Under the pieces are notes generated by a model. The model worked only from the letters and a program-made list of their open reading frames with translations, made no database searches and had not been told where the DNA came from. Positions 19,086 to 28,947 of a DNA stretch of 64,000 nt are shown here, piece after piece. The stretch spans positions 2,560,001-2,624,000 of the forward strand of contig CAVUSO010000001.1 of assembly GCA_963744145.1 (NCBI GenBank), read 5' to 3'. Both the position numbers and the translations under genes were made by a program. This DNA comes from an uncultured cyanobacterium (GTDB lineage: Bacteria; Cyanobacteriota; Cyanobacteriia; Cyanobacteriales; CAWUOF01). Position 1 is the first letter of the stretch; every line of letters begins with the position of its first letter.

Positions 19086-21530
19086 ATGAAATTAGTCAGT
19101 TATACTGGGCAAATTGGGACAATAGCTGTCTTATTGCTAAATCCTTGTAGGTCTACTTCAGCCCAAATTACCCCCGATCATACTTTACCACATAATAGTA
19201 ATGTTATTCTTAATAGTAACAGTGTCCGGATCGAGGGAGGTAGCCAAGTCGGTGGGAACTTATTCCATAGTTTTACCGAATTTTCCGTTAATGTAGGTAC
19301 AGAAGCATTTTTTAATAATTCTCTAGATATTCAAAATATTTTTACCCGTGTCACAGGTAATACAGCATCAAATATTAATGGATTAATTCGTGCTAACGGT
19401 AGTGCTAATCTATTTTTTATCAACCCAAATGGAATTACCTTTGGTCCCCATGCAGCACTAAATATTGGTGGTTCATTTATTGGTACTACTGCGAATAATA
19501 TCAAATTTGCTGATGGGACTCAATTTAGTACCAAACCAGCTAATTTACCATCACCTCTACTAACTATTAGTGTACCGATCGGCTTACAATTTGGTATTAA
19601 CCCAGGTCAGATTATCAATCAATCTACTGTCAGTATTCCGAATATTTCTCAACCTGTCGGTTTAGCAGTACAACCAGGACAAACTTTAGCATTAGCAGGT
19701 GGAGATATCTTACTACAAGGAGGAATTTTAACAGCACAGGGAGGACGAATTGAACTCAGTGCAGTGGGAGATCATAATTCAGTTAGTCTCACTCCAATTC
19801 CGAATGGACAAGGTTTTATCCTGGGAAATCAAGACTTACAAAATTTACGCGATATCCAACTATCTGGGGGTGCTGTAGTTAATACCAGTGGTAGTGGTGG
19901 TGGAGATATTCAGCTCCAAGGAAGACAGGTTTCACTCCAAAATGGATCGAGTTTATTAGCGGTTACTTTAGGTAATCTTCCTGGAGGAACTATTAAGGTC
20001 AATGCTTCCCAATCCTTAGATATATCAGGAATTGGAGATTATGAAGATATTGTCCGTAAATTTGTAAATGCAACTGTGGGAATTAGTGACTTACATAGTG
20101 GATTATTTACCCTAACATTTGGTCCTGGTAATGGGGGTAATATTGTCATTAATACTCCCCAACTTACTGAGGAAAATGGAGCTTTTATAGACGCTACTAC
20201 CTTAGCACCAGGTAAGGGAGGAACTATAGTAGTAAATGCCTCTTCTATATCCCTTAATGCGGCATTCATAACGACGGGAACTTCGGGGTTAAATGCTGGA
20301 GATTCAGGAGATATAACCGTTAATACTAATCATATTGTTGCTAACAATAATGGGTTTATCACAGCTGTTAGTGTTGGGAATGGTCAAGCGGGAAATTTAA
20401 GTGTTAATGCTAGGGAATCAATTGAGTTAATTGGAGTTAATCCATTTCAGATTACAGAAAATGTTGATGGTTATACAGGTTTTTTTACTAGTGGATTAGG
20501 AACTGGAAAATCCGGCAATATCCAGATTACCACAAAAAAATTATCTATGTTCAGTGGAGCTGATATAGCTGCGGGTGTATTTGCAGCTGGAGAAGGAGGA
20601 AATATTAATATTAATGCTACCGGATCTGTAGAATTAAGTGGTCGTTCTCCTAATGGTTATTCAATGACAGATATAAATACTCTCACTACACCTGGTTCGA
20701 CAGGAGGAAATTTATTTATCCAAACACCAAGCTTAACACTGCAAAATGGGGCAATGTTAAATGTGCGATCGCAGGGAACAGGAAGTCCATTTAATTTACA
20801 AGTAGTTGCTGATACTATAAAAATTTTCAATCAAAGCAGAATTGAGGGAACAGCAATAGCTGGAGAAGGTGCTAACATAAATTTGCAAGCAAATACCTTA
20901 CAAATAGCTCAAAATAGTTTCATTTCTGCTACTGCTGGATTTCTAGGTGCAACGAGAAATGGTGGGAATATTAATATTACTACTAATACTTTAGGACTTT
21001 TGGCAAATAGTAGCATTTTTGCTAATGCTTTTTCGGGTAAAGGGGGAAATATTACGATTACAACCAAAGGTAATTTTATTTCGACCGATAGTAATATTAC
21101 AGCTAGTTCTACCCTAGGAGTAAGTGGTACTGTAAAGATTAACACACTCAATAGTGAACCTACTTCTGGTTTATTTACATTTTCAACAAAGTTTAGCGAT
21201 CTAAATAGTCAAATTATTCCTGGTTGTGCTGCGGATCGAGGTAATCTATTTATCATTACTGGAAGAGGAGGATTACCTAAAGATCAAACTCAGAATCTCA
21301 CCAGTCTAGCAAGGGAAAATATCAGTAAACAGGAGGGAAAATCTTTATCCAATCGAGCGGCAATTTTTAGTTCCAAACCCTTAATGGTTGAAGCGACTAG
21401 ATGGACTATCGATTCACATGGTCAAGTAAAGCTTGTTGCTAATGCAGATAAGTGGACACATCAATATTCTTGGTATACCTTCCCAAAGTGTCCGAAAAAA
21501 GAGCTTGTCTATCTTCTAATGAGAGAATAA
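19086..21530 (+). CDS. Filamentous haemagglutinin N-terminal (TPS) domain exoprotein
   Basis: Signal peptide ..AQITPD, NLFHSF, NLFFINPNGI motif, G/N/T-rich beta-helix repeats, C-terminal TGRGGLP...VEATRW. Confidence 0.88.
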   Translation: MKLVSYTGQIGTIAVLLLNPCRSTSAQITPDHTLPHNSNVILNSNSVRIEGGSQVGGNLFHSFTEFSVNVGTEAFFNNSLDIQNIFTRVTGNTASNINGLIRANGSANLFFINPNGITFGPHAALNIGGSFIGTTANNIKFADGTQFSTKPANLPSPLLTISVPIGLQFGINPGQIINQSTVSIPNISQPVGLAVQPGQTLALAGGDILLQGGILTAQGGRIELSAVGDHNSVSLTPIPNGQGFILGNQDLQNLRDIQLSGGAVVNTSGSGGGDIQLQGRQVSLQNGSSLLAVTLGNLPGGTIKVNASQSLDISGIGDYEDIVRKFVNATVGISDLHSGLFTLTFGPGNGGNIVINTPQLTEENGAFIDATTLAPGKGGTIVVNASSISLNAAFITTGTSGLNAGDSGDITVNTNHIVANNNGFITAVSVGNGQAGNLSVNARESIELIGVNPFQITENVDGYTGFFTSGLGTGKSGNIQITTKKLSMFSGADIAAGVFAAGEGGNININATGSVELSGRSPNGYSMTDINTLTTPGSTGGNLFIQTPSLTLQNGAMLNVRSQGTGSPFNLQVVADTIKIFNQSRIEGTAIAGEGANINLQANTLQIAQNSFISATAGFLGATRNGGNINITTNTLGLLANSSIFANAFSGKGGNITITTKGNFISTDSNITASSTLGVSGTVKINTLNSEPTSGLFTFSTKFSDLNSQIIPGCAADRGNLFIITGRGGLPKDQTQNLTSLARENISKQEGKSLSNRAAIFSSKPLMVEATRWTIDSHGQVKLVANADKWTHQYSWYTFPKCPKKELVYLLMRE

Positions 21531-21636
21531 ATCGTCATCGGATAGTTATGGGTAAATGCAAGTAATTCTCAACCAGTCATGATGTCGATCATACCTTCCT
21601 CATCCCTGACTAGGAGAATTGGTTTAAAGACCAAGG

Positions 21637-24600
21637 TTACCAAGGATTACCAATAATCGTAAATCCACTCCAAAAATAAGGATGACTGAATTGAGGATGG
21701 AATTTAACTAACTCAGGAGGTAAGGGAAACGATTGCTGACTGGTGACTAATTTTCCGGATTCCAAACGCACTTCACCTCGCATCATAGCTAACTGAGCGC
21801 GACGTAAAGCTTCCGCTTTAATTGGTGCCGTTTTTAATTGCTCGTAAAACTCCGTCATTAATCCGAGAGTACCTTGATCGGAAATATACCATAAGGAAGC
21901 TAAGACGGATTTCACCCCAGTTTTAACTGCTAATCCGGCAAAACCTAATTCCGCATCTTCATTGCCGATCGCTGTTTTACAGGCACTTAAAACTAACAGT
22001 TCGACCGGGGGATGATTCCACTTAATCGATCGTAAATTAGCTAGTCGTAGATTTTCTTGAGCAAAATAAATGTAGGAATCATTAACATTCCCCGGATTAA
22101 AATCAGCATGGGTAGCTAAATGGACAATCCGAAACGGAATATGTTCCCGTTCAGCTTTTAAATTTTCAATGGTAAAATCATGATTAAGAAAAGTCTTACC
22201 ACCTCTAATTTTATTGATCAAAGATATTTCTTCACCAACGTAGGGTAAGGATGGCAAATGGGCAGAGGGTAAGAAAGTCTTACTACCCATTGCCAAAACC
22301 GGAGAATTGTGAATATTGTAATAACTAGTATCAGTGAGGGCAAAACTTGGCATTAATCCCACACTATAATGTTCGATCAGAAAATTTTTTCCATCGTACA
22401 TGGCCGCTAAAGGAATAGTGCGAAGTTGCTTATCCATGACATAGACTAAGTTTTGAATTTGCAATTTTTGTAGGGCACTTTCTAAGGGTGCTACTAACCA
22501 TTGATACATTTTTTTAGCTGGTTCAAAATATTCTTTTGTCAGAGTTTGATCTGTTACTGCATTCTGAAAATTAATGGCAGTTTGAATAACTTCTTCCCTA
22601 GTAATATTAACTGACCTGCGAATAGGTTTAGCATTAGGTGTAACTAAAATTAATTCTAAGCGATCGCGTTTCTCTTGTGTAGAAGAACGTAATAATCCTA
22701 GTTGATTATCGAATTGATCGTTAGCTATATTCATCCCATTTTTACTAGAAATTGGAGTAATTGTACTCGGCACAAAAACAGCATAAATAAGCGCTGGTTT
22801 AGTTCCGGTATTAGTTTCAATATTACCCAAAGATTTCTGGATTTTGCCAACACTTACTTCTTGGGAATCGGGCAGACCAAAATATCTAGTGTATTCTTGG
22901 CTAATCAATTTATCAACTGCGATATTTTGAGAATTATCGCTGTTTATTGATGGTAAGATTTCTAGTTGATTTGGTAATTTAGTTAGATCGACTGGATTAA
23001 TCGTTAAATTCTGCTGCTCGTGATTAGAAGGTATTGAAGATGAGCTTGAACTTGAGATTGGAGTTGGGATTGAAGTTAGGATTGATGATGGAGTTGATGA
23101 TGAAATTGGTGTGATAATTCCAGATGAAATTGGAGAGACAGTTCCGGAAGTTGATGGTGTTATTGGTATTGATGGGGTTGATGGGGTTGATGGTATTAAT
23201 GATATTGGTGGGGTTGATAGTATTGATGGGGTTGATGGGGTTGTGGAAGAAGAATTAGTAATAATAGCTAAAGTACCATTATCTTGCACTAGAGTGTTTA
23301 AAAAGGAACCGCTAGTAATAGTTTGTTCTGTACCATTTCCCTGATCTAAGGCACTTGCAGTTCCGTTAGTAGTTGCATCTCCGACAACAAAAGGTGTGAT
23401 CCCATTCCCACCATGTCTGAGAATAATATTTCCTCCTTGGGTATTGCCGATCGTGCAAATACTCACCGTGCCACAATTAGTTGTAGTTAGGGGCACATTT
23501 ACTCGCAAATATGTACCTGCGGTAATATCCACATTACCTCCCGTTGTCTGACCAGAAGTATTAATATTACTCACTTGCACATCTCCCGTGGGGTCAATTA
23601 GTACATTACCACCTGCTCCATTCATGCTACTAGAATCAATTTGTTTAGTGGTAATTTGGGTGCTAGCTTGTACCGATATATTTCCTCCACTTGTTGCACC
23701 AGTTGTGGTGATATTACCCACAGCGATCGCGGCATTTTTACTAATAATAGAAATCTGACCACCTTGACTAATTCCCGTAATCCCTTTAGCACTTAAATCT
23801 CCTGTGGTGATATTGCCATTCGCTTGGAGAAATAAGGTTCCACCTTGAGCATTATTAGAATTAGCACTGAGCGAACTCATGTTAATTGCTCCAGTAGTGC
23901 TAGTGAGACTAATATTTCCTCCCTGACCTTTAGTCGCATCAGCAAAGAGCAGTAATCCCTTAATATCGTTAGCAGCATTAATGGTTAAATTTCCACCATT
24001 CCCAAATGCTGAAGTTGAAGTAAGAGCATTAATCTGTACCGCACCCAGAGTGCTAGTTAAAGAAATATCTCCTCCTTTCCCAGTGCCATTAGAACTGCTA
24101 TTAATATTCTTATTAATAATAATATCGCTGCTACTCGCTAGGGAAATATTCCCCCCCTGACCTGAATTTGAAGTTGAAGTAATCGTTCCAACCGGATTCG
24201 TAATTAAGCCTCCCGTAGTATTCAGGGTAATATTTCCCCCTGCTCCACTACCATTGCTAGTCGTATTGAGATTAGCGATTTGTATATTGCTATTCGCATT
24301 CAAGGTAATATCTCCACCTTTACCTGTCCCTGAACTAGAATTCAAAGTTCCTAGAGTAGTATCGATCGCATCCCCACTGGTAATCGTGATATTTCCTCCT
24401 GTACCACTCTCAGTCGAATTACTATTAATATTACCTGTCATAACACCGAGATGATTAGCTGTTAAAGTTACATCTCCACCCTGACTAGTAGAGCTAGTAT
24501 CAAGGGTGCCGCTAGTTGTATCAATTTGACCTAAATTGCTCGTAATACTAATGCTATTACCTGGAGTTGTAATCGACGGAGTAGTCACACTCCCATTCGC

Positions 24601-27561
24601 AGTTAAAGTAATATTTCCGGTCAGAGTAGGAGGAGTATTTAAGATAATATTGCTATTGCTAGCACCCAAGTTCTCTACCAGCAGGTTGTTAGCGATGATA
24701 TTTTGCAGACTAATATTACCACTACTACCTGTAGCCGTACCCGTATTAATGCGAATAGTGGTATCGCCTGTCCCAGAATTTAAAGTTACTCCAGGTGCAA
24801 CAGTAATATACGCAGAACCCGAATCCCGATATTGACTTTGCACACCATTAGCGGCAGTTTCATTCGCTACAAGAGTTAAATTTCCATTATCAGTGGTGAT
24901 GTTGCCATTAACTAGAATACTATGTCCTGCTTGTAAGGTAAATGCACCACCATTTCCCCCAGCAGATGTAATTACTGGTTGGGCAACAGTCAGATCGTTG
25001 TTAGCCTTGAGTACCACATTAGTCCCTGTGTTGGTAACTCTAGTGATATCAGCCGGATTAACATTAACTGAATAACTGGGATTATCACTAAAGGATAATA
25101 CTCCTGGATAGGCTGGAATCTCAAAAAAGGTTTGTCCTGCTTGTGAAACTCCCCCCGATGTGTTGAGTATTGCCCCAAATAGTAGGTTGTTTCCTGATAT
25201 AGCTACTGAATAGCCGAAGTTGCCAGAAAATGTTCCAGGATTGGGGTTATCGAAAGTTTGCAACAGCCCCCCACTAGGATTAAACAAAAAGGCTTGTCCT
25301 GCTCCTGAGACTCCCCCCGATGTGTTACCAAATGCCCCAACCAGTAGGTTGCTTCCTGATATCGCTACTGATCCCCCGAAGTAGCCCTGGGATGCAGGAT
25401 TGGGGTTATTGAAAGTTTGCAACAGCCCCCCACTGGTATTAAATAAATAGGCTTGTCCTGCTCCTGAGACTCCCTCCAATGTGTTATTTAGTGCCCCAAC
25501 CAGTAAGTTGCTTCCTGATATCGCTACTGAATAGCCAAATCGGCCATTTAGTAAAGGATTGGGGTTATCGAAAGTTTGCAACAGCCCCCCACTGGTATTA
25601 AACAAATAGGCTTGTCCTGCTTGTAAAACTCCCCCCGATGTGTTACCAGATGCCCCCACTAGTAGGTTGCTTCCTGATATCGCTACTGAATCGCCGAATG
25701 TACCATTTGGTACAGGATTGGGGTTATTGAAAGTTTGCAACAGCCCCCCACTGGTATTAAACAAATAGGCTTGTCCTGCTCCTGAGACTCCCCCCGATGT
25801 GTTTCCCCATGCCCCAACTAGTAGGTTGCTTCCTGATATAGCCACTGAATAGCCGAATCGGCCACTTGGTAAAGGATTGGGGTTATTGAAAGTTTGCAAC
25901 AGCCCCCCACTGGTATTAAACAAATAGGCTTGTCCTGCTTGTGAGACTCCCCCCGATGTGTTTCCCCATGCCCCAATCAGTAGGTTGCTTCCTGATATCG
26001 CTACTGAACTGCCGAATTGGCCAATTGCGACAGGATTGGGGTTATTGAAAGTTTGCAACAGCCCCCCACTGGTATTAAACAAATAGGCTTGTCCTGCTCC
26101 TGAGACTCCCCCCGATGTGTTTCCAGCTGCCCCAACCAGTAGGTTGCTTCCTGATATCGCTACTGAAGAGCCGAAGTTGCCACCTGCTACAAGATTGGGG
26201 TTTAAAATCGTTGCTAGGGGTGAGCTAGCATTAGTAATCGTTATATTTTTGGGATCAAGTAGTAAAGTTCCTGCTTTTCCTAATATTGCTCCCGCATCTA
26301 CTCCACCTGTGAAAATTAGTAAGTCTTTCCCTGAAGTTTCTACTAATCCCCCATCGCCACCATTCACACCACCACGGGCAGTTATATTGCCATAATATTG
26401 AGTTAAATTATCAGACCAAACTATTACTTCGCCGCCATTTCCTCTTCCTGTGGCATTAGCATTAATATTAGCATCTGGTGCAATAATCGTTTGAGTAGCA
26501 TGAGGTAAAGTTCCCCCTCCTTGATAATCGCCACCAACTCTTACTCTACCTCCTCCCGCTGGGCCAGAAGCATCTATATTGCTATTAAATACTCCTACTT
26601 TGTCTCCTAAAATATTTACATTTCCACCTCCTGAATTTTCCTTTATTCCTGCTACTGAAATATTCCCTGCTGTAATTGCTAACCCTTGCTGATTTGGTAA
26701 AATCATTCCAGACTGATTTAATTGCACATGACCAAATGGATTGACACTCAAACCTGTATCTATATTCTTGGCTGTTCCTGTTAGCAAAGTCGGTAAATCT
26801 ACCGGATTTATTGGTAATATTTGTCCGGTAATATCTCGTGGTGGCACTATTTCTAGGCTTAAGATATTTCCAGGTTGCGATATTTTTACAACATTCTGAT
26901 TTGGGACAGCACTAATAGTAATATTTCCTGAAGCGGCTGTTAGTTCCCCCGTATTTATTACATTACCGCCTAATAATGTTAAATTTTCGCCTGTTGGAAC
27001 GGCTAATTTTCCGGCATTGATAATATTTCCCGATTTCGCCAAATCAAAGGCAAATTGTGATGGTATTCCGATCAAGTTTTGATAATTATTACTGCCAAAA
27101 GCATTGAACCATTGATTATTACTAAATCCAATCCCTGTCGCTGTTGTTGCGGTAAAAGATGCGGGCACATTTAAACTCGCATTAGTTCCAAATACTATTC
27201 CCGCAGGATTAATTAAGAATAAGTTAGACTTCCCTCCTGTTACTTGGATTAGTCCGTTAATTAAGGAAGCATTTCCCCCCGTCACTCTCCCTAATATATT
27301 CCGAATTTGGGGATTAGATATAAAATTTGCTGTTTCACCTGCGGAAAGTCCGAATTTATCAAAACTGTGGAATAGGTTGGTGCGATCGCCCGACAGCATC
27401 CCACCATTAATATTATATTTATTACCTACAGGTGTAACTAATGTACCGGTAGCGTTGCTAGCAGGAATAATGGATTGTGCTAATCCGGGATAAATATTAC
27501 CACATCCTAAAACTAGGGGAACAATTGTTAAGCATCCGTTAATAAGGGTGAAAAATTTCAT
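21637..27561 (-). CDS. Filamentous-haemagglutinin-domain protein with FG-GAP-like propeller repeats and C-terminal CHAT (caspase-family) domain
   Basis: Signal peptide, NLFHSF/LINPAGI TPS motif, 7 x 53-aa FGxSVAISG repeats, S/T/P linker, CHAT dyad HLATHA and VLSACKTA, HPYFWSGF end. Confidence 0.88.
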   Translation of the reverse strand: MKFFTLINGCLTIVPLVLGCGNIYPGLAQSIIPASNATGTLVTPVGNKYNINGGMLSGDRTNLFHSFDKFGLSAGETANFISNPQIRNILGRVTGGNASLINGLIQVTGGKSNLFLINPAGIVFGTNASLNVPASFTATTATGIGFSNNQWFNAFGSNNYQNLIGIPSQFAFDLAKSGNIINAGKLAVPTGENLTLLGGNVINTGELTAASGNITISAVPNQNVVKISQPGNILSLEIVPPRDITGQILPINPVDLPTLLTGTAKNIDTGLSVNPFGHVQLNQSGMILPNQQGLAITAGNISVAGIKENSGGGNVNILGDKVGVFNSNIDASGPAGGGRVRVGGDYQGGGTLPHATQTIIAPDANINANATGRGNGGEVIVWSDNLTQYYGNITARGGVNGGDGGLVETSGKDLLIFTGGVDAGAILGKAGTLLLDPKNITITNASSPLATILNPNLVAGGNFGSSVAISGSNLLVGAAGNTSGGVSGAGQAYLFNTSGGLLQTFNNPNPVAIGQFGSSVAISGSNLLIGAWGNTSGGVSQAGQAYLFNTSGGLLQTFNNPNPLPSGRFGYSVAISGSNLLVGAWGNTSGGVSGAGQAYLFNTSGGLLQTFNNPNPVPNGTFGDSVAISGSNLLVGASGNTSGGVLQAGQAYLFNTSGGLLQTFDNPNPLLNGRFGYSVAISGSNLLVGALNNTLEGVSGAGQAYLFNTSGGLLQTFNNPNPASQGYFGGSVAISGSNLLVGAFGNTSGGVSGAGQAFLFNPSGGLLQTFDNPNPGTFSGNFGYSVAISGNNLLFGAILNTSGGVSQAGQTFFEIPAYPGVLSFSDNPSYSVNVNPADITRVTNTGTNVVLKANNDLTVAQPVITSAGGNGGAFTLQAGHSILVNGNITTDNGNLTLVANETAANGVQSQYRDSGSAYITVAPGVTLNSGTGDTTIRINTGTATGSSGNISLQNIIANNLLVENLGASNSNIILNTPPTLTGNITLTANGSVTTPSITTPGNSISITSNLGQIDTTSGTLDTSSTSQGGDVTLTANHLGVMTGNINSNSTESGTGGNITITSGDAIDTTLGTLNSSSGTGKGGDITLNANSNIQIANLNTTSNGSGAGGNITLNTTGGLITNPVGTITSTSNSGQGGNISLASSSDIIINKNINSSSNGTGKGGDISLTSTLGAVQINALTSTSAFGNGGNLTINAANDIKGLLLFADATKGQGGNISLTSTTGAINMSSLSANSNNAQGGTLFLQANGNITTGDLSAKGITGISQGGQISIISKNAAIAVGNITTTGATSGGNISVQASTQITTKQIDSSSMNGAGGNVLIDPTGDVQVSNINTSGQTTGGNVDITAGTYLRVNVPLTTTNCGTVSICTIGNTQGGNIILRHGGNGITPFVVGDATTNGTASALDQGNGTEQTITSGSFLNTLVQDNGTLAIITNSSSTTPSTPSILSTPPISLIPSTPSTPSIPITPSTSGTVSPISSGIITPISSSTPSSILTSIPTPISSSSSSSIPSNHEQQNLTINPVDLTKLPNQLEILPSINSDNSQNIAVDKLISQEYTRYFGLPDSQEVSVGKIQKSLGNIETNTGTKPALIYAVFVPSTITPISSKNGMNIANDQFDNQLGLLRSSTQEKRDRLELILVTPNAKPIRRSVNITREEVIQTAINFQNAVTDQTLTKEYFEPAKKMYQWLVAPLESALQKLQIQNLVYVMDKQLRTIPLAAMYDGKNFLIEHYSVGLMPSFALTDTSYYNIHNSPVLAMGSKTFLPSAHLPSLPYVGEEISLINKIRGGKTFLNHDFTIENLKAEREHIPFRIVHLATHADFNPGNVNDSYIYFAQENLRLANLRSIKWNHPPVELLVLSACKTAIGNEDAELGFAGLAVKTGVKSVLASLWYISDQGTLGLMTEFYEQLKTAPIKAEALRRAQLAMMRGEVRLESGKLVTSQQSFPLPPELVKFHPQFSHPYFWSGFTIIGNPW
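23030..23250. repeat. Low-complexity short tandem repeats encoding a Ser/Thr/Pro linker
   Basis: Recurrent GATGGGGTT/GATGGTATT units (TPS/IPS in the minus-strand protein). Confidence 0.7.
25125..26202 (-). repeat. Seven near-identical ~159-bp coding tandem repeats (beta-propeller blades)
   Basis: The unit FGxSVAISGSNLLVGAxxNTSGGVSxAGQAYLFNTSGGLLQTFxNPNPxxxGx recurs with long DNA-identical blocks such as AAGTTTGCAACAGCCCCCCACTGGTATTAAA. Confidence 0.93.
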
Positions 27562-27783
27562 ATTTGGATTACTAGTTGGAAATGATAATTGCTAGGAAGG
27601 ATTAGGACGATCGGATGTAGTTCCCTGTTTCTGGGGGATTATACCAAAGCCATTGATTACTTTTAACCAAGTTTGGCGATCGCTAGGGAACTCTAAGTCC
27701 GCGTTAGGGAGGGTACTGCTCTGGGTAATCTCGGAGTTGTGTCTGTTTATTCTCTCATCAAAATTTATAGTCGATGAATTGAT

Positions 27784-27860
27784 GCACAAAATCAACCAGG
27801 ATTTGTAGGGGCAGTGTCCCACAATTTTATTGTACTTGATTAATTTGGAATCCACTGTAT
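27784..27860. repeat. Truncated relative of the 18644-19023 element
   Basis: Reverse complement of 27831-27860 matches that element's left end at 24/30; CAACCAGGATTTGTAGGGGC matches its internal segment. Confidence 0.6.
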
Positions 27861-27924
27861 ATTTACTTGAGAATAAGTATAATTAATAGTAAGGCTGGCT
27901 TAAACAAATCAGAAGGTCAAAGCA

Positions 27925-28440
27925 ATGGTACAAGAATTAGTAAATTTGAGAAATTCTATTTTAGCAGAACACTATGATGATGCTTTAGAAATAATCGATG
28001 AATTAGCAGAAATGAGTAACCAAGCAATTTTGCTAAAAATTGAATCATTTTTGACGCGGTTAATGATCCATTTAATTAAAAATCAAATCGAAAATCGCTT
28101 AACCGATTCTTGGGCTGCTTCGATCGCAAATTCAATTACTGAAATCAAGAAATTAAATCTCAAAGATCATAAAACTTCTTACTATATTAATCCTGAAGAA
28201 TGGGAACCTTATCTAACTGAATCCCTCGAATTAGCTATTCGTCCAGCCAGTCAAGAAGTTTTCCATGGTAAACTCAATCGTCGTAAACTTGCAGCTAGAT
28301 TAAATCGAGGACAACTTTTATCAATCGCTCAAGAATTAGTGGTTTTGAGTTATGAGCATTCAGTCGCAGAATTGGAAAATAAATTAGATGAATATTTAGC
28401 TCAGTTACCAGGAGGTGAAGTATGGAATCAAGATAGTTAA
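27925..28440 (+). CDS. DUF29-family protein
   Basis: IESFLTRLMIHLIK...SWAASI pattern typical of cyanobacterial DUF29. Confidence 0.75.
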   Translation: MVQELVNLRNSILAEHYDDALEIIDELAEMSNQAILLKIESFLTRLMIHLIKNQIENRLTDSWAASIANSITEIKKLNLKDHKTSYYINPEEWEPYLTESLELAIRPASQEVFHGKLNRRKLAARLNRGQLLSIAQELVVLSYEHSVAELENKLDEYLAQLPGGEVWNQDS

Positions 28441-28514
28441 ATCCTCCCATTAAGATTATTCTAATAAAAAACCAGCGATCGCCGCTGGTCTAAATTGAGT
28501 CAAATCTGATTGAT

Positions 28515-28799
28515 TTAGTTTTCGATTTTTACCCCTTTCCAAAAAGCGACATAATTTTCAATGTTTTTAGCTTTCTCTTTGGCAGTAGGATAGTACCAAG
28601 CAGCATCTTTATTAGTCTGTCCATTAACAGCGATCGAATAATAACTAGCTACTCCTTTCCAAGGACAAGTTGTATGAGTATCACTTGCTTGGAAATATTC
28701 CTTATTAATTGCATCATGAGGAAAGTAGTGATTATTCTCGACAACTACGGTATCAGCGCTTTCTGCCAAAACAGCACCATTCCAAATTGCTTTTGCCAT
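28515..28799 (-). CDS. DUF427 domain protein
   Basis: AIWNGAVLAES...HYFP...TTCPWKGVASYY...AAWYYP. Confidence 0.9.
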   Translation of the reverse strand: MAKAIWNGAVLAESADTVVVENNHYFPHDAINKEYFQASDTHTTCPWKGVASYYSIAVNGQTNKDAAWYYPTAKEKAKNIENYVAFWKGVKIEN

Positions 28800-28947
28800 T
28801 TTCTACCTCTTGATCAATTCCTAACTTTCATTTAAACATATATTACAATTATTTACAATAGGGAGAAGATAATTCTGCCTTGGCTAGAGTCAACCAGATT
28901 AGAATAATCTAGAGGAAGATCATTTTTAGGATAAGTATCTCACCAGC

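Noticed and set aside
25125..26202. Possible CRISPR array or DGR template/variable repeats
   Set aside because: Units are 159-bp in-frame coding repeats with no unique spacers; variation is not adenine-specific; no cas or reverse transcriptase gene in the window.
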